Assembly (NCBI GenBank): GCA_046052125.1
Contig: JBJOMY010000003.1
Span: forward strand, 96,001-160,000
Direction: 5' to 3'
Length of the DNA stretch: 64,000 bases
Source: Cyanobacteriota bacterium
GTDB lineage: Bacteria; Cyanobacteriota; Cyanobacteriia; PCC-6307; Cyanobiaceae
Positions within the stretch are counted from its first letter, which is position 1. Each line of letters starts with the position of its first letter. Positions 50,385-60,476 of this stretch are shown in pieces. A program made the translations under genes and the position numbers. Below the pieces are notes generated by a model. It ran no database searches. It was not told the origin of the DNA and was given only the letters and a program-made list of their open reading frames with translations.

Positions 50385-52256
50385 ATGCAAGCCGCCCGTC
50401 CCGTGCTGTTCAACATCGCTAGGCGCTTGCTCGGGAAGCCCCTGCCCCGAAGCCAGAGCGACGACGAAAGGCTGCCCAGCTTTGCAGCGCTGCCGATCCT
50501 GAGCTCTGATGCTCTCTCCTCCGTGGCCTACGCCACAGAGGCTGCCTTGGGGGTGCTGATCCTGGCGGGCAGTCAGGCGCTTGAGCTCTCGCTGCCGATC
50601 ACCGGAGCGATCGTGCTGCTGATCGGGATTGTGGTGCTCTCCTATCGGCAGACGATCGAGGCCTACCCCCAGGGCGGCGGCTCCTATGTGGTGGCGCGCG
50701 AAAACCTCGGCACCTGGCCCAGCCTGATTGCGGCGGCTTCGCTGCTCGTGGATTACACGCTCACCGCGGCGGTGAGCTTGATGGCGGGCACCCAGGCGCT
50801 CTCTTCACTTCTGCCGGCGCTATTGCCCTACGAAACGCCAATCGCCCTGCTGCTGCTGGTGATGGTGGGTTGGGCCAACCTGCGCGGGCTGAAGGAGGCG
50901 GGCCGGGTGTTCGCCATTCCCACCTATGCCTTTGTGGTGATGGTGGTGCTGCTCGCCTTGTTTGGCCTGCAGAACCTGGTGATGGCCCATAGCTTCAGCC
51001 CCGATGCGCCACCGCTGGTGCGCGCCGCTGAGCCCCTGGGCCTGTTTTTGATCCTGCGCGCCTTCAGCTCCGGTTGCTCGGCGATGACGGGCATCGAAGC
51101 GATTGCCAACGGCGTGAAGGTGTTTCGCGAACCTGCCGCCCGGCGTGCGCAGCGCACCCTGCTGGTGATGGGGGTGATGCTCGCCTTGATGTTTTTGGCG
51201 GTGAGCGGCCTTGGCTGGCTCTACGGCGTGGCGCCCAATCCGGATCGCACCGTGCTCGCCCAGATCGGCATCCGCGTGTTCGGCAACAACAGCCCTCTGT
51301 TCTGGGCCTTGCAGATCAGCACACTGCTGATCCTGGCCCTGGCGGCCAACACGGCCTTTGCCGGCTTTCCGCGGCTGGCGGCGATGCTCGCCCAGGATCG
51401 TTTCCTGCCCCGGCAGATGGCCTGGATCGGCGATCGGTTGGTGTTTCAGAACGGCATCGCCGTGCTGCTGGTGGCGGCGGGCTTGGTGGTGCTCGTGTGC
51501 CGGGGCGACACCACCGTGGCGGTGAACCTCTATGCCCTGGGCGTGTTCAGCGCCTTCACCCTCTCGCAGGCGGGGATGGTGGTGCGCTGGTGGCGGCTGC
51601 GGGGCGCCGGCTGGCAGGGGCGGCTGTTGATGAACGCCCTCGGCTCCCTCACCACCTTCGTGGTGCTGCTGGTGATTGTGGTGAGCAAGTTCGATGAGGG
51701 GGCCTGGACGGTGGTGATCGCCATCCCCCTGCTCGTGACCCTGCTGGCTCGGATCCGCCACCGCTACAACGTTGTGTACCGGGCCATCAGCCTCAAACCC
51801 GGCGACGATCTGAGCCTGCGCATGCCCCATCGGCGCGATCCGGTGGGCAACACCAGCCTGGTGTGGGTGCCGTCGTTCAGCCGGCCCACCCTGGATGCCT
51901 TGCGCTATGCCGCCACCGTGTCGGATCGGGTGGTGGGGGTGTGGGTGCTGGCGCCGGAGGAGGATCCCGCCGCGATCAAGGCCCAATGGCAGCAGTGCGT
52001 GGGCGATGGCCAGGGCTTTGAGCTGCAGTTGCTTGAGAGCCCCTATTCCTCGCTGATTGATCCCTTTGTGGAGTTTGTGGCCGAGGAGGAGCAGCGCTAT
52101 CCCCACACCACCTTCACGATCGTGATGCCGATGGGCATCCCCCGCTATCGCTTCGATGGGCTGCTGCTCAACCAGCGCGGCGTGAATATGCGGCGCTGCC
52201 TCGATGCCCATCGCAACCGCGTGTTCACCCTGGTGCGCTACTACCTGCCGGCCTGA
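50385..52256 (+). CDS. APC family permease (KimA-like)
   Basis: LSSDALSSVAYATE, YPQGGGSY, TGIEAIANG, C-terminal cytoplasmic domain. Confidence 0.88.
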   Translation: MQAARPVLFNIARRLLGKPLPRSQSDDERLPSFAALPILSSDALSSVAYATEAALGVLILAGSQALELSLPITGAIVLLIGIVVLSYRQTIEAYPQGGGSYVVARENLGTWPSLIAAASLLVDYTLTAAVSLMAGTQALSSLLPALLPYETPIALLLLVMVGWANLRGLKEAGRVFAIPTYAFVVMVVLLALFGLQNLVMAHSFSPDAPPLVRAAEPLGLFLILRAFSSGCSAMTGIEAIANGVKVFREPAARRAQRTLLVMGVMLALMFLAVSGLGWLYGVAPNPDRTVLAQIGIRVFGNNSPLFWALQISTLLILALAANTAFAGFPRLAAMLAQDRFLPRQMAWIGDRLVFQNGIAVLLVAAGLVVLVCRGDTTVAVNLYALGVFSAFTLSQAGMVVRWWRLRGAGWQGRLLMNALGSLTTFVVLLVIVVSKFDEGAWTVVIAIPLLVTLLARIRHRYNVVYRAISLKPGDDLSLRMPHRRDPVGNTSLVWVPSFSRPTLDALRYAATVSDRVVGVWVLAPEEDPAAIKAQWQQCVGDGQGFELQLLESPYSSLIDPFVEFVAEEEQRYPHTTFTIVMPMGIPRYRFDGLLLNQRGVNMRRCLDAHRNRVFTLVRYYLPA

Positions 52257-52378
52257 GCAGGGGCAAGCACTGAATGATCAGGGTCTTTGCTGGGGCTGAT
52301 CAGTAACGCCTCTTGTCGGCGCAGCCCAAAGGGAGGGTTCCGCTCACTACCTTTTCGCAACCTTGAATCCTTCCTTGC

Positions 52379-54250
52379 GTGTCCTGGCTTGGTACAGCCT
52401 GGTTGGTTCCCCTCTACCCATTGGTGGGGGCGTTCTTCAGCCTGCTCTGGTCGCCCGGGTTGATTTCCCGTACGGGGCCTCGCCCATCGGGTTACGTGAA
52501 CCTGGTGATGGTGTCTGTGGCGTTTGGCCACAGCCTGATGGCGCTGATCAGCTTGCACGGCAATTCGGCTGCTGGTCAGGCGGCGATCTACGCCCCGCCG
52601 AGCTTCCAGTGGACCTGGCTCAACACCGCTGGGTTGCGGATCGGCTTCGACGGCCTGGTGAGCGAGCCTGCCTTGATCGCCATGACGGTGATCACCGGCC
52701 TGCACGTGCTGGTGCAGGTGTATGCGATCGGCTACCTGGAGATGGATTGGGGCTGGCCGCGCTTCTTCGGCAGCCTCAGCTTTTTTGAAGCCGGTCTTTG
52801 CGGCCTGGTGCTCACCGATTCGGTGTTCTTCAGCTACGTGTTGCTGGAGCTGCTCACCGTGGGCACCTACATCATTGTTGGCACCTGGTACAACCAGTCG
52901 CTGGTGGTGAAGGGGGCGCGCGATGCCTTCCTCACCAAGCGCATCGGCGACTTGATCCTGCTGGCCGGGGTGATTGCACTCCTGCCGATCACCGGCACCT
53001 GGAACTTCCACGGCCTGCAGGGCTGGGCTGCCGATCTCACCAATAACGGTCAGCCCCTGCCCGCCGGATTTCAACTGATCCTGCTGGCCCTGATCGCCGG
53101 CCCGATGGGCAAATGTGCCCAGATCCCGCTGCACCTCTGGCTCGATGAGGCGATGGAGAGCCCGCTGCCCTCCACCGTGCTGCGTAATTCCGTGGTGGTG
53201 ATCGGCGGCGCCTGGGTGCTGCTGCGCCTCGAGCCCCTGATTGCTCTGAGCCCGCTGGTGCAAGGCGTGCTGGTGGTGGTGGGCGGCACCACAGCCCTGG
53301 TGGCCGCCTTGATCGCCCTGGGCCAGGTGGATGTGAAGCGGGCGATGAGCTTCCTGGTGAGCAGCTGGCTCGGCCTGCTGTTTGTGGCGGTGGGCCTCGG
53401 CGGCATCGGCGTGGCCGATCACCTGATGCTCGTGTATCCGCTGCCGATGGCCCTGATGCTGATGGCGGTGGGCATGATCGTGATCAGCAACGTCACCCAA
53501 GACCTCACCCAGCTGGGGGGGCTATGGAGCCGGAGGCCGCTCGTGGGGATTGCCTTCCTGGTGGGTGCTGCTGGCCTGATGGGCTTGCCTCCCTTCGGTG
53601 GCTTTGCCGCCCTGCGTGAACTGCTCGAGCTCACGTGGGACAGCCGCCTGCCCTGGGTGCTGAGCGGTTTGGTGCTGCTCACGAATGCGCTGCTCAGTGC
53701 CTGCTTGATGCGGGTGTTTGGCCTGATCTGGGGCGGGCGGCCCACCACCTTCACGGCCCGCTCCCCCGAGGTGTTGTGGCTGATGGTGCTGCCCACCCTG
53801 TTCCTGATGGGCCTGGTGCTGCACATCCCCCAGCTGCTGATTCACCTCGGCATTTACAAGCTCTCGCCCCTTCCGGGCTGGGGTTCGCTGGCCTGGCCGC
53901 TGGTGGTGTCCACCCTGATCGGCGCGGGCAGCTCCGCCTGGTTCTATTTCCGGCCCCACCCCCTGGCCGAACTGCCCTCCGGGCTGGGCGGCCTCCAGCA
54001 CTGGCTGGCCGAAGACATGCACACCGAGGCCTTCTATCACCGCACCGTTGTGGCCCTGGTGGTGGGGTTGGCCCGGCTCAGCGCCTGGACCGATCTGCAG
54101 CTGGTGGATGGCTTCAGTAGCGGCAGCGGCGGTGCGGCGCTCCAGGGGGCTCGCCGCCTGAGCTTCACCACCAGTGGTCGCTCCCAGACCTACGCCCTCT
54201 CGCTTGTGCTCGGTGTGCTGCTGATGGCCGCCTGGCTGCTCTCCCGCTGA
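52379..54250 (+). CDS. ndhF3: NDH-1 subunit F3
   Basis: TGPRPSGY, WLDEAME; in operon with cupA. Confidence 0.9.
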   Translation: MSWLGTAWLVPLYPLVGAFFSLLWSPGLISRTGPRPSGYVNLVMVSVAFGHSLMALISLHGNSAAGQAAIYAPPSFQWTWLNTAGLRIGFDGLVSEPALIAMTVITGLHVLVQVYAIGYLEMDWGWPRFFGSLSFFEAGLCGLVLTDSVFFSYVLLELLTVGTYIIVGTWYNQSLVVKGARDAFLTKRIGDLILLAGVIALLPITGTWNFHGLQGWAADLTNNGQPLPAGFQLILLALIAGPMGKCAQIPLHLWLDEAMESPLPSTVLRNSVVVIGGAWVLLRLEPLIALSPLVQGVLVVVGGTTALVAALIALGQVDVKRAMSFLVSSWLGLLFVAVGLGGIGVADHLMLVYPLPMALMLMAVGMIVISNVTQDLTQLGGLWSRRPLVGIAFLVGAAGLMGLPPFGGFAALRELLELTWDSRLPWVLSGLVLLTNALLSACLMRVFGLIWGGRPTTFTARSPEVLWLMVLPTLFLMGLVLHIPQLLIHLGIYKLSPLPGWGSLAWPLVVSTLIGAGSSAWFYFRPHPLAELPSGLGGLQHWLAEDMHTEAFYHRTVVALVVGLARLSAWTDLQLVDGFSSGSGGAALQGARRLSFTTSGRSQTYALSLVLGVLLMAAWLLSR

Positions 54251-54251
54251 C

Positions 54252-55754
54252 GTGATCGCCATGGATCTGCTGCTGCTCCTGTTGATCCCGCTGTTGGCGG
54301 GAGTGTTGTTGCCCCTGCTGCCCAGTGGCTCCCCTTGGGTGCGTCGCGGCGCACTGTTGGCTCCCCTGGGCCAGCTCCTGCTGGGTGTGTGGCTCTGGCG
54401 CCATCCAGCCGGTGAGCTGTCGCTGAGCTGGCTGCCCAAGCTGGGCCTGCGCTTGGAGCTGGGCCTGGATGGCCTCAGCCTGCCGTTGGTGCTGCTCGCC
54501 GCCTTGCTCACCGCGATGGCGGTGTTGGCCTCGCCGGAAGACCAAAGCCGCCCGCGGCTGTTCTTCCCGCTGTTGCTCGCCACGAACCTGGGCCTGATGG
54601 GCTCCTTCCTGGCCCGCAACGCCTTGCTGTTCCTGCTCGCCTACGAACTGATCCTGATCCCCACCACCTTGCTGGTGGCCACCTGGGGCGGGGAGCGCCG
54701 CGCTGGCGCGGCGATTCGCTTCCTCACTTATGGAGCTGTTTCGGGAGTGGCGCTGTTGGCGGCGGTGCTGGCCTTCGGCTGGCTGCAGCCGGGCGGCCTT
54801 GATTTCAGCTATTCAGCCCTGGCCCACCACAGCCTCACGGCCCCGCAACAGCGCTGGATCCTGGCGCTGGTGCTGTTGGCCTTCGGTTTGAAACTGCCAG
54901 TGGTGCCGCTGCACGGCTGGCAGCCGCTCACCTACAGCCAGGCCCCCACGCCGGTGGCGATGTTGATGAGTGGAGCGGTGTCGAAGCTCGGTGCCTATGG
55001 CCTGCTGCGCTTTGGCGTTGAGTTTCTGCCGGATGCCTGGACGGCCTGGGCGCCCTGGCTGGCGGCGGTTGGTGCGATCAGCGCGATCTACGGCGCCCTC
55101 AATGCCATTGCTCAGCTGGAGATGCGGCGTCTGGTGGCCTACAGCTCCCTGGGGCACATGGGCATGTTGTTGCTGGCGCTGGCGGCCGCTACCCCGCTGA
55201 GCCTGCAGGGGGTGATTGCCCAGATGCTGGCTCACGGTTTGATCATTGCGCTGCTCTTCTGCCTAGTGGGCTTGATCGAGCGCAAAACCGGTACCAGCGC
55301 CATTCCCGAGCTCTCCGGTTTGCTCAATCCTCAGCGCGGTTTGCCGTTCACCTTGGGCTTGATGTTGGTGGCCCTGATGGCCGCTGCGGGGGTGCCCGGA
55401 CTGGCAGGTTTTGTGGCCGAGTTGCTGGTGTTTGAAGGCAGCTGGGTGGCATTCCCCTGGCCCACCTTGGTGTGCCTGCTGGCCTCGGGTCTCACCGCTG
55501 TGTATGCCGTGCGCCTGTTCAACAGGGTGGGCTTCGGCCGGCTCGACAACACCCGGGCCGATTGGGCGGGCACCAGCTGGGCTGAGCGTGCCCCTGCTCT
55601 GGTGCTCACGTCGTTGGTGGTGCTGGCTGGGCTTTGGCCTCAGGCCCTCACTGGCTTCAGTGAATCCGCCACAGCACCGCTGGCCTTGCGCTCCAGCGAA
55701 GCGGTAACCGTGATTGCCCTCACTCCTTCCACCTCGCCGCAGCTCCCCGCATGA
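54252..55754 (+). CDS. ndhD3: NDH-1 subunit D3
   Basis: NuoM-family; in operon with cupA. Confidence 0.9.
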   Translation: MIAMDLLLLLLIPLLAGVLLPLLPSGSPWVRRGALLAPLGQLLLGVWLWRHPAGELSLSWLPKLGLRLELGLDGLSLPLVLLAALLTAMAVLASPEDQSRPRLFFPLLLATNLGLMGSFLARNALLFLLAYELILIPTTLLVATWGGERRAGAAIRFLTYGAVSGVALLAAVLAFGWLQPGGLDFSYSALAHHSLTAPQQRWILALVLLAFGLKLPVVPLHGWQPLTYSQAPTPVAMLMSGAVSKLGAYGLLRFGVEFLPDAWTAWAPWLAAVGAISAIYGALNAIAQLEMRRLVAYSSLGHMGMLLLALAAATPLSLQGVIAQMLAHGLIIALLFCLVGLIERKTGTSAIPELSGLLNPQRGLPFTLGLMLVALMAAAGVPGLAGFVAELLVFEGSWVAFPWPTLVCLLASGLTAVYAVRLFNRVGFGRLDNTRADWAGTSWAERAPALVLTSLVVLAGLWPQALTGFSESATAPLALRSSEAVTVIALTPSTSPQLPA

Positions 55755-57055
55755 CCTCCACACCTGTTCAGGAGCGCGTGAAGGCTCCGCTGATTCCCCC
55801 CTCCACCCATCGCTACGCCGATGTGATCCACCGGCTGGAAGCGGGTGGATCGATGCTGCCCGATACGCCGGAGAACCTCCAGCAGATCATCGGCATCTAC
55901 AAGGCCTATGCCGTGCCGATGGATTTCTATTGGCGCGATCTGCTCTACATCGCTGAGCGGGTGTTTCTCAATCCGCTGCCGGCGTTCAAATACTTCATCT
56001 CCAAGGAGTATCTCGATCGCCCCAATAGCTATTCCGGCGATCAATCCAAGCTGCGCATCTGGCGCGGCACGGAGAAGGCGCACCCAGAACTGCTGGAGTT
56101 CATGGAGCGCGGCGAAACCGGCCGCATGCCCAAACTCCTGCATCACCTCTGGCACGACCGGGTGAACATGGAGTTCGCCGAGGCCTGCATGCAGGCGATG
56201 CTCTGGCATCAGGGCATGGGCGGCCGCTTCAACGACTATCTGGAGAGCGACGCCTACAAGGCCAACGCCGATCGGGCGATCAAGGCCTACTTCAAGGGCA
56301 ACCCCTTGATGCTGGGCCTCTATGCCTTGTTCCCGGAGATGTTCCTCGAGCAGGTTCGGCAGCTCAGCTACTACGCCAACCTCGGCTTGTTCTGGGAGGT
56401 GATGGCGCCGGTCTTCTTCGAGATGAGCGACATCTACGACGAAGGCGGCTTCAAGGGTGTACCCGACGCCATGGATTTCCTGGTGAACGGCATCTTTGCC
56501 GTGGCCGGCCGGCCGATCTATCACCACCTCTATATCGGCGACGAGTGCTACGAGATCATTCCCAAGAGCGAAGGCTTCACCTGGCTCTATGAGGCGGCTC
56601 TGCCCTACGTGGAGGCGGTGTTCTATCGCACCTCACCCTTCCGTGGCACCAAGAGCTACAACGCCCAGGCCCATCAGGTGCCGGCCGATCAGGCCGACTT
56701 CCACTACGGCATCCTCTATGCCGATGTGTATCCGGTGGGCTCGGCTGGGATCCCTCCCACCCTGCTGATGCAGGACATGCTCCATTTCCTGCCGCCCTAT
56801 CTCAAAGACCTCTACAAGCAGCACAGGCGCGGAGAAGAAGACGAGCTCGTGCAGCTGGGCATCACCTTCCAGCGCTCGATGTACAACGTGACCTCCGCGG
56901 TGATTCAGGCGCTGCGCTGTGCCCTGCTCTACCCGCTGGATGACACCGACCCCGAGCACCTGAAGGCCAACCGCCAGTTCTTTGAGGCGCAGATGGATCG
57001 CTTCCTGCGGCCCGAGGCACGCCTGCCCGATATCCAAACCCAGGACTACCGCTAA
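55751..57055 (+). CDS. cupA: CO2 hydration protein, inducible type (ChpY)
   Basis: IPPSTH.YADVIHRLEAGGSMLPDTPENL, HDRVNMEFAEAC. Confidence 0.94.
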   Translation: MTSTPVQERVKAPLIPPSTHRYADVIHRLEAGGSMLPDTPENLQQIIGIYKAYAVPMDFYWRDLLYIAERVFLNPLPAFKYFISKEYLDRPNSYSGDQSKLRIWRGTEKAHPELLEFMERGETGRMPKLLHHLWHDRVNMEFAEACMQAMLWHQGMGGRFNDYLESDAYKANADRAIKAYFKGNPLMLGLYALFPEMFLEQVRQLSYYANLGLFWEVMAPVFFEMSDIYDEGGFKGVPDAMDFLVNGIFAVAGRPIYHHLYIGDECYEIIPKSEGFTWLYEAALPYVEAVFYRTSPFRGTKSYNAQAHQVPADQADFHYGILYADVYPVGSAGIPPTLLMQDMLHFLPPYLKDLYKQHRRGEEDELVQLGITFQRSMYNVTSAVIQALRCALLYPLDDTDPEHLKANRQFFEAQMDRFLRPEARLPDIQTQDYR

Positions 57056-57063
57056 ACCTCGCC

Positions 57064-57465
57064 ATGGCTTCGATTCTGGAAACGGCCGCTTCCGTCGGCG
57101 TGTTCAACACCCTGCTTGCCGCCGTGGATGCCGCAGGCCTACGCGGTGCCCTGGAGGGGCCAGGGCCGTTCACGGTGTTTGCACCGGTGGATGATGCCTT
57201 TGCGGCGCTTCCCCCTGGCACCGTTCAGACCTTGGTAGATAACCCGCCGCAGCTGGCGCGCATCCTCAAGTTCCACGTGGTGTCGGGTGCCCTCAGCCGC
57301 GAACAACTGGTGGCTCAGGAGGCTTGGGAGAGCCTTGAAGGCGCGCCGATTCCTATTCGCCGCAGCGAACCCTTTGAGGTGAAAAATGCCACGGTGGTCA
57401 CCGCCGATGTGGTGTGCGACAACGGCGTTGTGCACGTGATCGATCGGGTGATCTTGCCCGGCTGA
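57064..57465 (+). CDS. cupS: Fasciclin-domain CupS
   Basis: FTVFAP.DDAF, NGVVHVID; follows cupA. Confidence 0.9.
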   Translation: MASILETAASVGVFNTLLAAVDAAGLRGALEGPGPFTVFAPVDDAFAALPPGTVQTLVDNPPQLARILKFHVVSGALSREQLVAQEAWESLEGAPIPIRRSEPFEVKNATVVTADVVCDNGVVHVIDRVILPG

Positions 57466-57466
57466 T

Positions 57467-57700
57467 TCAGGCCGCCCGCTGATTCTTGCCTTCCAGGTAG
57501 TGCTCCAGGCTGCTGCGGCCGCGCTGGGCTACCTGGTTGTGCAGCCGCCGCACGCGCAGGATGCGCTCACGCTCGAGCTTGCGGAAGTGCTCGATCGTGC
57601 GCTTCCGGCCGCGTGATTCTTCCAACAGGATTGCTGAGGCCAGCGCAATCGAGGTGCCGATGATGCCAACGGCCAGAAACAGAGCGAAGGTATCGGGCAT
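57467..57700 (-). CDS. Small single-TM hypothetical protein
   Basis: N-terminal TM plus basic helix; GAGG upstream. Confidence 0.6.
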   Translation of the reverse strand: MPDTFALFLAVGIIGTSIALASAILLEESRGRKRTIEHFRKLERERILRVRRLHNQVAQRGRSSLEHYLEGKNQRAA

Positions 57701-57801
57701 GGCCCCTCAGCAGCGTGCCTGAAGGATTTGTATCGGATCGCGGGCAGCAGTCAAGGCCCATTCAATGGGCCGTATGAACTGTTCAGATCGATTTGCTTCG
57801 T

Positions 57802-59157
57802 TTAGCTCTCGAGGGATTCGATGCTGGCGCTGATCGCCTCGTAACACTGCTGCAATTGCGCCTCGCTGATGCATAGCGGCGGCAGCAGATACACCACGTT
57901 TCCGAGGGGGCGCAGATACACCCCGTGGTTGAGGCAGAGGCGCTGCAGCTGTTTGCCGATGGGGTTGAGATAACTGCTGTTGCCGGCATCCAGCTCGAAG
58001 GCCGCCACGGTGCCAACGCAGCGAGGCTTCTGCACCCGTGCTGATCGCTCCGCCAACTCTTCCAGCAAGGGGGTGTGGCGCGATTCAAATTGCTGGTAGC
58101 GCTCCGGGTTGTGCTGCAGCAGATCCAGGCTGGCGAGGGCCGCCGCACAGCCGAGCGGATTGGCGGTGAAGCTATGGCCGTGGAAAAAGGTGTGCTCCGG
58201 CTGCTGGCTAATGAAGCCCCGGTAGAGCCGTTCGCTGGCCATCGTGACGCCCATCGGCAGGAAGCCACCGGTGAGTCCCTTGGAGAGGGCCATCAGATCC
58301 GGTTTGATGCCGGCTCGCTGGCTGGCGAGCAGGGCTCCGCTGCGGCCGAAGCCCGTCATCACTTCGTCGGCAATCAGCAGGGCGCCGCTGTTGCGCACCC
58401 GTTCTTCCACCGCGCGCAGAAACGCAGGGCGCACCATGTGCATGCCTGCAGCCCCTTGGATCAGGGGCTCGAGGATCACTGCCGCGGTGGGTGTGGCGAG
58501 GGCCTGCTCGAGTTGCAAGAGCGCTTGGGCTTCCCGCACCTCCACGCTGGCATCACCCCAATGGGTGTGGGGCCAGCTGATGCGAGCCACATCAAAGAGG
58601 AGCTCGTCGTAGGGGGCGGTGAAGATCGAGCGATCCCCAACGGCCATCGCGCCAAAGGTGTCGCCGTGATAGGCCCCCTCAAAGGCGATCAACTGGCGCC
58701 GTTCACTCCCCTGATTGCGCCACCACTGCCAGGCGATCTTGAGGGCAACCTCTACGGCAGTGGAGCCGTTGTCGGAGAAAAACAGGCGCTCGAGCTCGGT
58801 GAGCGCGGCCAGCCGCGTGGCGAGTTGCTCAGCCGGGGTGTGGCTGAAGTTGGCGAAGATCACCTGCTCCAGCTCATGGGCCTGGCGGCCAATGGCCGCC
58901 GCGATCGCCGGTTCGGCGTGGCCATGGAGGGTGACCCACCAGCTGCTGATCGCATCGATCAGCTGGCGGCCGTCGTCGAGCTCGAGCATGCAGCCCTGAG
59001 CGCGCACCACCTTCCAGGGCTCAGGGCTCGTGGCCACCTGGGTGGTGGGATGCCAGAGGTTGGGGTGCCAGCTCAAGGGAAGCGATGCCAGGGGTGTGAA
59101 GGCTTGCGGTGAAGGTCGCTCAGCGACAGCCCGTGGTCCAGAGCCGAACGCGCTCAT
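57802..59157 (-). CDS. bioA: Adenosylmethionine-8-amino-7-oxononanoate aminotransferase (start uncertain)
   Basis: LWHPTTQ, DAISSWW, DNGSTAVE, YHGDT, DEVMTGFGR, SKGLTGG. Confidence 0.93.
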   Translation of the reverse strand: MSAFGSGPRAVAERPSPQAFTPLASLPLSWHPNLWHPTTQVATSPEPWKVVRAQGCMLELDDGRQLIDAISSWWVTLHGHAEPAIAAAIGRQAHELEQVIFANFSHTPAEQLATRLAALTELERLFFSDNGSTAVEVALKIAWQWWRNQGSERRQLIAFEGAYHGDTFGAMAVGDRSIFTAPYDELLFDVARISWPHTHWGDASVEVREAQALLQLEQALATPTAAVILEPLIQGAAGMHMVRPAFLRAVEERVRNSGALLIADEVMTGFGRSGALLASQRAGIKPDLMALSKGLTGGFLPMGVTMASERLYRGFISQQPEHTFFHGHSFTANPLGCAAALASLDLLQHNPERYQQFESRHTPLLEELAERSARVQKPRCVGTVAAFELDAGNSSYLNPIGKQLQRLCLNHGVYLRPLGNVVYLLPPLCISEAQLQQCYEAISASIESLES

Positions 59158-59485
59158 TGCCGGGGAAGTAGCTCACCCGTTGGATCTGGCACTGCAGTTT
59201 GGCTTGGCCTGGGCGCTGAAGCGTCACCTTTCCTTTGATACAGGTAAACACCGGCATCCGATAGGGCGAGAGGGCGGCGGTCTGGTCCGAGCATTCCGCC
59301 AGTGCTTCGAAGCGGCGTTGTTCGCCGTAGGGCCAGTCGTTGCGGCTGTTTAGCCAACGCTGAAAGGCGGATGGCAAGGGATCGAAGGGCAGCGCGTGGG
59401 CTGTTGTGGTGCTGAGTTGCGCCAAGCCCAGCAGCAGCGCTGCCCCAAGACTCCAGCGCCAGACACGGGGTAGGGATGCTGCCAT
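59120..59485 (-). CDS. Secreted hypothetical protein
   Basis: Signal peptide (AHA), four Cys. Confidence 0.6.
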   Translation of the reverse strand: MAASLPRVWRWSLGAALLLGLAQLSTTTAHALPFDPLPSAFQRWLNSRNDWPYGEQRRFEALAECSDQTAALSPYRMPVFTCIKGKVTLQRPGQAKLQCQIQRVSYFPGNERVRLWTTGCR

Positions 59486-59610
59486 TGGATCGGCGACGTA
59501 ACAAGCCAAATGCTGGTTGGTTCTGGCTGCGGCTGGGGGTGGGTGCATGGTGCAGCCACCCCTCAATTGCTCCCAAAGCCTTGGGTTGTGTTTAAGACCC
59601 GGTCAAGCAT

Positions 59611-60441
59611 TCATTCATCGTCGTGGGAAAAGCGGTTGTAGAGGAAATCAAGGGCGTTGTTACGTAGTTCGTAGTAACGGGGATCTTCCATGATGTCCTC
59701 GCGATTGCGCGGTCTTGGGAAGTCGATGTTGAGCACTTCGCCGATGCCCGCGGCCGGTCCATTGCTCATCATCACAAGGCGATCGGCAAGGAACAGGGCT
59801 TCATCAATGTCGTGAGTGATCATCAGAACGGTGCATTTCTGCGTGTTCCAGATGTTGAGAAGCTCCTCTTGCAGTTCTTCCTTGGTGATGGCATCTAGGG
59901 CGCCAAACGGCTCATCAAGGATCAGCACTTCAGGGCGGATCGCCAGCGCCCGTGCGATCGCCACCCGCTGCTTCATGCCGCCTGAGATCTGCGTCACCGT
60001 TTTTTCAGCTGCTGCCGTGAGCCCCACCAGTTCGAGGTGCTCCATCACCAGCTCACGGGTTTCGCGGGCTGAGAGGTTGGGCTTCACCGATTCGATGCCC
60101 AGGGCCACGTTTTCGTAGGTCGTGAGCCAGGGCAGCAGCGCGTAGCCCTGGAACACCACCATGCGATCGGGGCCAGGCCTTTGGATCGGTTGGCCATGCA
60201 GCAGCACTTGGCCGCTGGTGGGTTTAGCGAAACCGGACACGGTGTTGAGCAGCGTGCTCTTGCCGCAACCGGAGTGCCCGATCACACAGATGAATTCACC
60301 CGATTCGATCTCGAGATTGATGTTCTCCAGAACCGGGTAGGGGCCCTTGGGCGTGGGGTAGGCCAGCCCCATCTTCTGGAAGCTGAGCAGAGGCGTTGAG
60401 GCTGCAGGTGTTGTGTGCGGCCTGAGCGATGTGGCTGTCAT
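59611..60441 (-). CDS. cmpD: BCT1 bicarbonate ABC transporter ATPase
   Basis: GHSGCGKS, PGPDRMVVFQ; in operon with cmpA. Confidence 0.8.
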   Translation of the reverse strand: MTATSLRPHTTPAASTPLLSFQKMGLAYPTPKGPYPVLENINLEIESGEFICVIGHSGCGKSTLLNTVSGFAKPTSGQVLLHGQPIQRPGPDRMVVFQGYALLPWLTTYENVALGIESVKPNLSARETRELVMEHLELVGLTAAAEKTVTQISGGMKQRVAIARALAIRPEVLILDEPFGALDAITKEELQEELLNIWNTQKCTVLMITHDIDEALFLADRLVMMSNGPAAGIGEVLNIDFPRPRNREDIMEDPRYYELRNNALDFLYNRFSHDDE

Positions 60442-60476
60442 GGCGTTCAGTGGAGAGGGTCTGAAGAGATGAGCGC

